Positions 26,501 through 36,265 of a stretch of DNA of 64,000 bases are shown in pieces (the first letter of the stretch is position 1; every line of letters begins with the position of its first letter). A program made the position numbers and the translations under genes. Source of the DNA: Takakia lepidozioides (lineage: Eukaryota; Plantae; Bryophyta); assembly GCA_030704615.1 (NCBI GenBank), contig CM060733.1:7998001-8062000 (forward strand). The letters are read 5' to 3'. The notes below the pieces were generated by a model. That model was given only the letters and a program-made list of their open reading frames with translations. It was not told the DNA's origin and searched no databases.

Positions 26501-27127
26501 TCATTGTTGACTAGTTGACCTTCTCAGCCCTTGGACCCCATTTTCCCTTCTCCCATGTTGCCTCGTTTTTCTGCTTCATCATTTGCTTTACTTGCACGAT
26601 GTTGCTTCTTCCCTACAGCTCATCATGTGTTGTGGCTCTTTCCCATGTTGCACTCACTCCCATCATACGTTGTGCAGTTGATAAGACTGAGATGAGTTGA
26701 TGCAGGATAGGGGGAGGGCTTGCTGGTGTATGTTGTCCGATAGGCCCCATGCACAGAGTCAAAGCTGGAAGTCAGCCTTGCAAGGACCCAAGTGAGAGAA
26801 GTCTGGTGGGGGTAGCATCTTGGGGGATGGCAGTTAGGGCAATGTGTGTCTAGGGCAATATATGTCATAGCAGCGGGTGATGTGCTGCCAATTTTGAGGA
26901 TAGAGACAGCCTGTAAGCTGTAGATTTGTATAAGTGGTTTCTTCTGACACATATTGCTCCCAGTTTGCCACAACCAGTTGTTTGCGTTTGTAGTGCATGT
27001 GCGAGCCTGCTGGGGAAGGGCAAAGAGGTCCATGGTTGCATCGTCAAAGCTGGAATTGTGGCAGATGTCATTCTGAACAATACCCTTGTGGACAGGGAGT
27101 GTTCAACAATATGGCTGAGCGAAGGAT
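23540..27127 (+). pseudogene. Degenerate PLS-class pentatricopeptide-repeat (PPR) gene fragments inside the CACTA (23540-24290 and 26978-27127)
   Basis: Repeated, frameshifted motifs: VKPEHITFVCVCSACASL, KGKEVHGCIVKAG, NNTLVD, VFNNMAERNVV.W.VMIAGHAQ.G. Confidence 0.85.
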
Positions 27128-27134
27128 AGAGTGT

Positions 27135-28210
27135 AATGACTGCTAATGAAGGTACCTTCTTCAATTTCACCTTGTTTTCCCCTCTTATCAGAATCGCCCG
27201 AATTCTGCAAGTTAGCTGGTTGAGTGAAGCTTTGATAGTTTGGAGTGACTTTGACATGATTCTGCCAATGTGACAACAGGAAAGTATCAGAAACAGTAAC
27301 ACAGACGAGGAGAAGTTGTGGAATGAATATTTTTCTGACCCCAGTCAATGGTGGGACAATCGAGGCAAGAAGGTGAATGTTTGTTGGATTATAGAGAGTA
27401 GCAGATGCAATTGAGTATAGGAACTAGTGTGATAAGTTGAGTTGGGTGCTTCCTAGAACAAGTCTAGGCTGTCATCGTCAACTGCTAGCAACAAGGCAAG
27501 GTTGTATGCATGATTCGTGCGAGGCATGGATAGTTGAAGGAGCAAGGATAGAGTGTGGGTGCAGATTCACCCAAGAGGGCCAGACTTCAAGCTCCAGATT
27601 AAATATGAAGCTACAAGAAACCTGCATGGGTAGATGGTCAACTGGCAGCAACGGAACAATTGATAAAATCAGACATTGTTAATGAAGGCATCTTCTTCAG
27701 CACATTTCACCCTGTTTTTCCCTCTTATTAGAATCGGCCAAAATTTCCATGTTGAATTATGCAAGTTAACTGGTTGAGTGAATCTAGTTTGGAGTGACTT
27801 TGACATGATACTGCTATGTGACAACAGGAAAGTATCAAAAAACAAGTAACAGACATGAGGAGAAGCTGTGGAATGAATACTTTTCTGCCCCCAGTCAATG
27901 ATGGGACAACTGAGGCAAAAAGGTGAATGCCTGCTACATTTCAGAGAGTAGCAGACGCAATTGAGCATAGGAACTAGTGTGATAAGCTGAGTTGGGTGTT
28001 TCCTAGAACAAATGTAGGTTGTCATTGTCAGCTACTAGCAGCAAGGCAAGGATGAATGCATGATTTGTGCAGGGGCATGGATAGCTGAAGGAGCAGGGAT
28101 AGAGTGTGGTCCAGATTCATCCTAGAGGGCCAAATTTCAAGCACAAGATTTACCTATGATTCCCTGTGGATCAATAACTACAAGAAACCTCCATGGGTAG
28201 ATGGTCTATT
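27135..28210 (+). pseudogene. Two tandem copies (about 545 bp each) of a spliced OSB-type PDF-motif coding module
   Basis: Copy 1: DEEKLWNEYFSDPSQWWDNRGKK (27304-27372), GT..AG intron, then IHPRGPDFK. Copy 2 has nonsense changes (SQ*WDN*GKK), then IHPRGPNFKHK...SLWINNYKKPPWV. This fits the W..FF..P..WWDNR..K..P..PDFKHK....LW motif of organellar ssDNA-binding (OSB) proteins. Confidence 0.8.
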
Positions 28211-29659
28211 CCGTGGAACTCGCTTAAGTTGCATTATGAGGATCAGAACTGCTTGACTTGCACGAGGCCTTGACCCTTAGGCAATCCCCAGAGCAGCAGT
28301 AGCTTTTGGGCTGCTTTTTTACTTTGTGTTTTTTATTTTGTCCCATAAGCTCTTTGAGCTTTCCGCAGATGTAATAAAGTAACATTTTGTTTCATTTCAT
28401 TCATTTTCATTTCATTTTGTTTCATGGCATGTCTTTCATCGTTTGTGCATTTCTAATGCATGATTAGTTCTCTTGTATGGCATTACTAGTCGACTCACTA
28501 CAAACACCAAAACTCCAAAGCATGAATCACTATGAATGATTGTTCAAGTAATTTTGAGCATTTCATGTAAAGTAGTAAAGCAGTGGTTGCGCCAACTTCC
28601 GCAGTCGCAATTTCCACTGGGCATGTAGCACTGCAAGTTATGTGGTCTACTACCACGTGGCAGCAGTGGTGCTCGTCGTGGCGCCGCCACGTCGGCATCC
28701 ACATCGTCGTCCACGTCCGCGTCCATGTGTCACCGCGCTTCAGTGAGTCAGTCCACTCATCCGGAGGGAAAAGTCAAAGTCAGCCCAAAAGGTCAGACAC
28801 ACGGGCGGCCCGCCTGGTTACGCCACATGGTTCTTCAGCATTAATCGCATTAATCGCTGAGCAGTTGTTCGTGCGTCTGCGTCCTTTACCACTCCAATCA
28901 TTGGATGTCCAACCCAACTACCACGTCTGTTGTAACTTCCAGTAGATCCCAGTTTTTTGACTTTTACGACTCAAAATGAGTCGTTACCCCAGTGGTAAAT
29001 GACACGAATGCTTCTAGTGTGAGCAAGGGTTCGCCTTGAACCCTTTTTGACTAGGAAGATAACCTTGAACCAACCGTGCGCCCCAATCACTACAATTGGG
29101 CCCGCTTTGGAATGTTGGCCTGAGGTATGGGAACACGCCAAAGCCGCATTACGACTTCGTTCCGAGGCTACACAATTATAGTACGTGAACAGAAGCGCGT
29201 AGCTTCCGTGTTAGCCCACACTACAAGGCAACCCCCTCAATAGCGCAGTTATAGTACGCGCACGCGTCAGGTGCGCACTAGCACATGAACTCCCAAAGAA
29301 GGCGCAAGTTTCTTTGCCCCTTGGATGGGAGTCACCCGATTTCGGCACTACACAAACACATGATTAATCCAATTTACCTCTCCCACTTTTGTAAGCTAGC
29401 ATGCATTCTACACACTAGCCAAACATACCATGCATCACCATTTCAACCACAATAGGCAGCACAACATTTGAAAACCATTTCATTTATAACAAAATTTGTA
29501 CAACACAAGTTTTTGCAATCGGATTCCTGGGCTAGCTAAGCCTGGCTAAGCATGCATTTCCTCCCCCACGCTCCAAGGTTGATGACCCCATCAACGCTTC
29601 TTCCGCTTTTGAGGTCGCCCTTCGAAAGCTGCAACCGCGTTTTCCATTCTCGAGGCACG

Positions 29660-30600
29660 CAGAAGTCCGTGATGCAGGACTTGAGGATGGGGGTTAAATC
29701 GCAGTTCCACTTGCAAAATGGACTGCTCCGGTATAAGCAAAAACGTCTCTACGTGCCAAAGGGAGGGATCAGAGATAGCCTCTTGAGAGAATGCCATGAT
29801 AGCCCGCTTGTGGGCCACGGCGGAGCCAAGCGCACTGCGGCACTCTTGAAGAAAGAGTATTTCTGGCCCAAAATGAGGGAGGAGGCAGAGGAGTATGTCA
29901 AGACATGCACCACATGCCAACAAAACCGGAGCGAGTACAAAAAGCAAGCGGGGCTGTTACAACCCTTGCCGATTCCAGAGGGGACTTGGGAAAGCGTCTC
30001 GATGGATTTCATGACTGCTATGCCGCTGTCAAAAGGATTCGATGCAATCATGGTGGTGGTGGATAGGTTCAGTAAAATGGGCCATTTCATCCCCACCAAG
30101 AAGACAGGAAAGGCGCAGGAGACAGGGCGACTTTATTTCGCCCACGTCTTAAAGCATCATGGAGTCCCGAAGGATATTGTCTCGGACCGCGATCCAAAGT
30201 TTACGAGTAAATTTTGGAGGGCACTTTGGAAGAAGATGGGGACGAGGCTGAAGATGAGCACCGCCTTCCGACCTATGACCGACAGCCAAACAGAAAGAGT
30301 GAATTCCGTAGTGAAGCATATCTTGCGGAATTACGTGTCGGCAGACCAAACAGACTGGGTGGAACACTTAGACGCGGCAGAGTTCTGTTATAATAACACA
30401 GAACACTCCGCAACGAGAGTTTCCCCTTTCGTATTGGTCTATGGAAAAGCACATCTGGTGCCGACAAGTTGGGCCGCCTAGGACGTTGAGGAACCGGCAG
30501 TAGCAGCGGTACTGGAAGAACGCGAGCGTTTGTTGAAGCTCGCAAAGTACAACATTGCCAAAGCTAGGAAACGGTATGAAAGGCAGGCGAATCGAACTCA
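29660..30600 (+). pseudogene. Gypsy integrase segment (H2C2 zinc finger plus catalytic core), inverted relative to its element
   Basis: ECHDSPLVGHGG...YVKTCTTCQ, WESVSMDF, VVVDRFSKMGHFIP, IVSDRDPKFTS, TDSQTERVN. In-frame TAG at 30479-30481, then AKARKRYERQAN. Confidence 0.93.
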
Positions 30601-31777
30601 CAAGAGTAGTTGCCTCCCTTGCAAGTCTTGGCGACCACCGCCTCCACCAAACGACTGATGGAAGCTTCGGACAACTTCGTGGTTACCCGAGTCATGTTCA
30701 ATTGTCGGGGATTCGTACACTTCTTGGTCATGTGCCCGGGCTCCCCACAATAGAAGCACACTCCATCGAAGGTCGCCTTTTGTCCGCCATAAGGCGTCGC
30801 ACCTGATTTTCCTTTCGAAGCACCGGGTGTCGTCTTGGCGTGTGAAGGTCCTCCCTTCGATTTCCACGTGCCATTGTCGCCACGTGGCCTATCCCACTTC
30901 TTTTCCGGTCGAAAGGAGTCACCCTCCCGCCGGGTCTTCTTGTGGTTCATCTCCGTACGGCCTTGTCTTTCGCCCCTAGGGACATCCGAAAAACATTCAG
31001 CCCTCTCAATTGCCTCGTTCAAAGTCTTAGGTGGCTTCTCCTCCAACTTCCGTCTGGCCCATGGGACCAGTCCCGCCACAAAGTTGAAGACCATTTCTGG
31101 TTTTGCCATGTCCGCGACGTCGAGCAACAGCACATTGAAAGCCTGAACATATCCCCGAATGTCATCCGTTTGCTTCAGATTCCTCATCTTGTCCCGGACG
31201 AGCCAGGACCGTTGAGGGGCACAAACTGTCTCTTCATCAGTTCCTTGAACGCACTCCAGTTCAAGGTTTCCGGGTTTGGACCTCGGTCGTTAAGGCGTTT
31301 CTGCCACCATTGTTGAGCATAGCCCCTCAAATAGGTGGGAGCCACTTCCACCCGATCCTCATCACTCAATTTGGCCGCCCGGAAGTATTGCTCTAGCTCC
31401 AAGAGCCAGGTGTTGAGTGCCTTCCGATTTCGGACGCCCTCGAAGGTGCCGGGTTCCTTAGGCTTCACCTTAAACTTTGCCTTGGTGGAAGTGGCATTAG
31501 CCGCCTTCAACACATCTTTCAACGTCCCGCCAAACTGCGCCAACAACCCTTCCCAAAAGGCTGCTGGCATTGGAGGCATTTGTTGGTCTGTCGGAGCTCT
31601 CAAGGATTCCTCGGGCTTCGACTCCTCAGATTCTTCCCGTTCTTGAGAGGCCTCGTTTTCAAAAGCATGCATCGCTTCCTCAAATGGTCGCTTCGGTGAC
31701 ACATCGCCCCCATCGGGCTCACCAGGATCATCATCTTTCGGGTCGTTCCGCTTTCGCTTTGGCTTGCCCGACCCCAT
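30600..31777 (-). pseudogene. Retrotransposon gag with a CCHC zinc knuckle, frameshifted near 31185
   Basis: KPKEPGTFEG, YLRGYAQQWW, LKQTDDIRGYV..F and CFYCGEPGHMTKKC. It starts just downstream of the PBS. Confidence 0.92.
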
Positions 31778-31832
31778 GATGAGGCCGATCCCAAGGACGA
31801 TCGCGTACTAAACTCTAAGCTCTGATACCAAG

Positions 31833-33787
31833 TGTCGCGCATCTCACTTCGGTAAGCTCCCCTTCAAGTCATAGTTACTAGCTTTGATGCGCGCGCCTAA
31901 CTCCCAACCTGGCCACCGGGCCAACTCAGAGCTTCGGCTGCTCACCGGGACATAACGGTCCCCCTTTCCCCCCCCCAACAGACCCTCCACCAATTTGGGC
32001 CTAGTGGAAATTCCCTTTGGTAGATGGCAGTCCGGAATAACTCCCCATTCCTTGGTCACTTTCCGGCTAGCTCGCTTACTCACTAGTTTTTGGTCACCAA
32101 CGGGCTTGCACCATTCTCGGGGTTACTACTCCCTATATATACTTCTGTGACTGTCCGCGGGGGTTTCACAAACAACCATGCCATTTTATGGCGAATCACC
32201 ACGAAGACCCTCGATTCCCGGTGATAAGTCGCGGTGAGTCTTGGCCCACCCACCACGGCCCCATTGGACCGTGATGAGTCCCAAGACTCCCCACGACTCC
32301 CACCACAAGGTCTCCGCCCCCATGGTGAGTCCTATGTCACCCCCACTAAGTTCCACTAAGCTACCGCCACCCCTCGTGGAGCCATCCCCACCGCAACCCG
32401 GTGTCACTACAGGAAAAGGGGGGGATTTGCGACGCCGTGGCCACGCCGCGGCGTCGTAAAACAGCCTTTTTTCGGGCAGGGGGAAAAACCCAAATTTGCG
32501 ACGCCCGAGCGTCGCACGCCCGTCGCCAAAAGAACGTCGCAAATTTGCGACCAATGGGGGTCGCAAATAAGTGAACCGCGATTTGCGACGCCGACGCGTT
32601 TTGCGACGCCCGGGCGTCGAAAAAGAAAAAGAAAACGAAAAAGAAAAAAACCTACTCTGCAATGCAGAATTAGCACCGTCCGGGGGTCGCAAAGTGCGAC
32701 GCCCAGACGTCACAATTGAAGGGGGTACATTTGAATTTAGGCGGGAAAATTTGAATTTGAAATTTAAATTTCAAAAACTTGTTGACCATTGACTCCGGTT
32801 CTCTCTAATGGCGATATGTTCATTGTTCTACATACATCATGCAATGCAATGCATACTTGAACCTAAGACCTCCACGTTATAACATTTCTAATACACTACA
32901 AACTAACCAACATACCTATGCTACATCTATGTATCACAAAAGCAATCTAAATATATATATACACATATAAAGATTTCCTTCAAGAGCCTTTAAGTTCCTT
33001 CTAAGGGGGTCTCTCTTGTGATGCCGGGTTGTTGCAACCTCCACAGCCTTAGTGCCCAGCCCCAGCCCTAGCCCCAGCACCGTCGCCGTTGTTGTACCCC
33101 CCCCACCGCCAGGCGCCCCAAGCGACGTCCTTGTGATGACCTAAGCTGACCACAACACCATTGCGACCCCCCGTGGCGACGCCATTGCGACCCCCTGGCG
33201 TCGCAACATTGGGCGTCCTAGCGCGAGGCGCCCCCAGCGACGTTTTTGTGAAGTTGAGGGCCGCAAAGTCAAAAAAAAAAAAAAAAACTCCCATTATGGT
33301 GATGCTGTTGCGACGCCCTGGCGTCGCAGAGGCGCTGGGGCACCCTTAGTGACGGCGAGGCGTCGCAACGTCCCACAAAAATAAAAAATAAAAAATAAAA
33401 AATTCCGACGTCGGGGCGTCGCAAGAAAAAAAAAAACCCGTCAAATCGAGGGCCCTCTTTCCCCCTTCATACCACCTTACGATGGCTGGGCGTCGTAATG
33501 GTGTCGCAGCGGGGGATTGCGACGCCGGGGCACGCAAACAAACGTCGCGGGCTCGGCGTCGCAGGCTCAGCGCCGCGCAGGGCGTGGGGCGCGGCTGGCA
33601 TCGCAAACCCCCCCATTTGCTGTAGTGTGTGCGGGGCTCCACCTAGTGAGCGTCTCCGCCTCCTTGAGTGCTTTGGGCACTCAAGGATGCTTCAGCCCCC
33701 GCATCTATTGTTGTCACTGCCCCCACCACAGGGGCAGCCCCTCTTGTGTCCCGACCCCCCCTGCCCTCAAAGCAAAGGGCCGCGACA
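31833..33787 (-). repeat. 5' LTR of the gypsy element, interrupted by a CACTA insert
   Basis: Matches 21557-22291 on both sides of 32405-33627 and lies next to the PBS. Confidence 0.93.
32405..33627. mobile_element. Non-autonomous CACTA element, 1223 bp
   Basis: Imperfect TIRs of about 31 bp: CACTACAGGAAAAGGGGGGGATTTGCGACGCC versus CACTACAGCAAATGGGGGGGTTTGCGATGCC. TSD TGT at 32402-32404 and 33628-33630. Many TTGCGACGCC/GGCGTCGCA subterminal repeats. The empty site is visible in the other LTR at about 22130. Confidence 0.96.
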
Positions 33788-34539
33788 TTGCACCTTAAAT
33801 CCTCCTTCCTACGTAGGAATCTCCATCGCTCAGATATCCAATGTATCAAGCACTTCATGTGCACAAACTGTAGAACCACAAAGCGGTGTCAGTCAGACGG
33901 TATGCGCACAACAAATCCCAAGCTTACAATGACAACGAGACTTACTTACCTCCACAGTGCCGCTGCACCCACAAGGCTTGTAGAGGGGCTCTGGGGAGTC
34001 TTCATCGAAACAAATCCGATATTGTCTGCTTTCGGGTTCGACATCCATAGCTCGCAAACAGACGCCGCTATCACGAGGATGAGGAAGATGATGGAGCTCG
34101 CGCGGACGATGATGGAATGTAAAAGCATCTCTTGACTGTTTGGCAAGTGAGAAAAATGAGCACGAAAAGGGCAAAGTGGATTGGAGTTTCTTGCATGGAA
34201 TGAGATGGCCCATTGTACAAGAAGCCTTAAGAAACAATAGGTCAATGTAGAATTAGAGATAAGCCCCATTTGAGATGGATGGGGTCAATCAAAAAAATTT
34301 GAGTACCTTCAAAACATTGGGACCGTTTCGTTTTTTAAATAACAAACCCATTTTTATTCTTAACAAGTAGCTCCGCCACGAGAGGCTATGCCCTAAAATT
34401 GTGTCTTATGTAAAATCCTACAAAGAATGAGTAATCGTCACTGTTAAGATTGATCATGTCTAGGTAAATAAATATGTTAATGGTTCATTGATATATATTG
34501 GAAGTGTGTTTGGTAGTTTGAATGCAATATAAATTGGTT

Positions 34540-35054
34540 TGTGGAATATGCTTCTGTCACATCAGATTCACATTCCTTGAATTTTATATTAGAGCTTCAA
34601 GTTTGTTTAGGAACGTAGAAACTGTACATGAATGAGCTCTATAAACACATACAATATGTATTGCTTTTCGTGTATTGGTATTGAATGTGGCTGTTATGAA
34701 TTTTGAGCCATTACGGTTGTTGTATTGAAAGAGTTTAAGTTCATGTGTATGTCATACATCATCATTATTCCATGACCATCATGGATTGAAACATATGAAT
34801 ACTTGGATGAATTTATGAATTTGTGCACATCGGTTGATAAGTGGGTATATTCTTGTTTCCATAAGACATAAGATGTCAGACATTTGGAGGTTATGATCAT
34901 GGTTAATGTCTTCATAATGTTGCCATAGAGAAGTTGTATTTAAGGCTTGTAAACTTACATGAGAATGATGCAAGTTTTTTAATTGAGGAATATATGGTTT
35001 CCAAGTTGCAGTTGTTTTTAATCTTTTCATTTCTGTATGTACCCTTGGATCCAC
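34540..35054 (-). mobile_element. Degenerate apurinic/apyrimidinic-endonuclease-like domain, probably the C-terminal part of a Helitron/Helentron RepHel-EN protein
   Basis: EMKRLKTT...QALNTTSLWQHYEDINHDHNLQMSDILCLMETRI (N..SL..H..DI..D.....DILCL.ET pattern), later AIHIVCVYRAHS. Contains frameshifts and stops. Confidence 0.6.
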
Positions 35055-35639
35055 AAAAGAGCCAACAAAAATAGTCTTTCTTTTGTTCGAATGCGAGATA
35101 GAGCTCTATAGATAAGAAATAGAATCGAGAAGACAATTGCCTACTTTATGGTTATATGTTGAAACCAGACGAAGTTTGGATGAATGTAAAACATGGTCAA
35201 ATAAAGAATGAAGAAGAAGATCCGATGTAATTGTCTCGAATTTTAATTAAATAGATGTAAGAACTAGATTTAAATTTAAAAACTAAATTTGAAAATTTGA
35301 TACTGGACTGAGAATTGAAATATTGCCCGGTCACCAATTAAAAAATGATTACAAATATGAACTGTATTTTTGTCAATAAAGATTGGGTTTGAATAAGTTT
35401 GATCACATAATAGAAACCGTTTACATAGAAATTGCTCTGTGAGATCCCTATCTTAGCAGGCCGCGGGACCAGACATCTTGCTTGCATGAAGGCTGTCTCA
35501 TGTGAAGTCAAACAACGGGCTGGAGACACTTACAACTGGACCCGATTATTTGGTTTTCAGAGTAGTCATACAATGCTTTTACACCAGTAGCACATACCTG
35601 CCGTTGGCTGCAAGACTGGTGCTCCCATGCCTGTCAAGG

Positions 35640-36265
35640 GTGACACCCTTCTTCATACTTGCTATGTCTCAAGTACACATTGTGTCTACAGGCTTTGCTT
35701 TCATCTGCCCACAAGGCAAATACCTTGAGATTGAGGGTTGGAAGCGCCTGTCATTGCAAAAACATTGTTTAGTTGCATTAGGGATTTTGGATAGAGGTTT
35801 TAGGGGTCATGTTCGCATTCTGATTGCCAATCCAAAGCGTATGCTGGCCACTATTAAAAATGGTCAAGTGCTTGCCAGGCTTAATGTTGTGCCCATTAGT
35901 GACATATCTTTGGTGGACCCAACTTTGCATCTATGAGACATTGGCCTGGAAGATAATCCTCTGGACGGTCTGATTGCCATGACCAGTCTAGCTGCAGCCT
36001 CAACAAATCATAGCCTAGCTGCTGAGCAGGAAGTTTACTTTCAACATGTATTGGCTGAGATTAAGGTGGGTGAACTGACTGATTCCCAGCAGGCTCAATT
36101 ACATCTACTGCTCAAAAGAAACTTGGACATATTTACCAGTGGGGTAAGACTGAGGCATTGGCCTTTGAGAGACTGAAAATAACATTGACTTCTGCTCCCA
36201 TACTAATATTTCCTGATTTCTCTGTTCCCTTTCTATTGCAGATTGATGCTAGTGACCTAGCTGTT
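35640..36265 (+). mobile_element. Gypsy pol remnant: dUTPase-like domain, pre-RT linker, and RT-RNase H connection; RT core deleted
   Basis: IVSTGFAFICPQGKYLEI...LVALGILDRGFRGHVRILIAN...IKNGQVLARL (dUTPase-like). LTDSQQAQLHLLLKRNLDIF (linker). WGKTEALAFERLKITLTSAPILIFPDFSVPFLLQIDASDLAV (connection/RNase H start). Confidence 0.75.

Larger units (their letters stand above)
22629..29019. mobile_element. Non-autonomous CACTA (En/Spm) element, 6.4 kb, carrying gene fragments (Pack-CACTA)
   Basis: The left end is CACTAGAAGCATTCATGTCTTTT; the reverse complement of the right end is CACTAGAAGCATTCGTGTCATTT (first 14 nt identical). A perfect 3-bp TSD TGA lies at 22626-22628 and 29020-29022. No transposase is recognisable. 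Confidence 0.92.
21557..33787 (-). mobile_element. Ty3/gypsy LTR retrotransposon (chromovirus-like); defective, rearranged, carrying nested insertions
   Basis: Two approximately 730-bp TG...CA direct repeats. PBS TGGTATCAGAGC (tRNA-iMet) on the minus strand at 31819-31830. Purine-rich PPT-like tract on the minus strand next to 22291. 5-bp TSD tcgca (21552-21556) / ttgca (33788-33792). gag and integrase remnants inside. Confidence 0.92.
20732..34048 (-). pseudogene. RING-CH (RINGv/MARCH-like) E3 ubiquitin ligase gene disrupted by the LTR element; 3' extent approximate
   Basis: Exon 33950-34048 reads MDVEPESRQYRICFDEDSPEPLYKPCGCSGTVE, followed by an 82-nt GT-AG intron. The next exon starts at 33867 (FVHMKCLIHWISERW...DLRC) and resumes beyond the element at 21556 as CEVCNECY. 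The first Cys appears mutated (YRIC rather than CRIC). A hydrophobic ORF at 20732-21049 may be the membrane tail. Confidence 0.8.
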
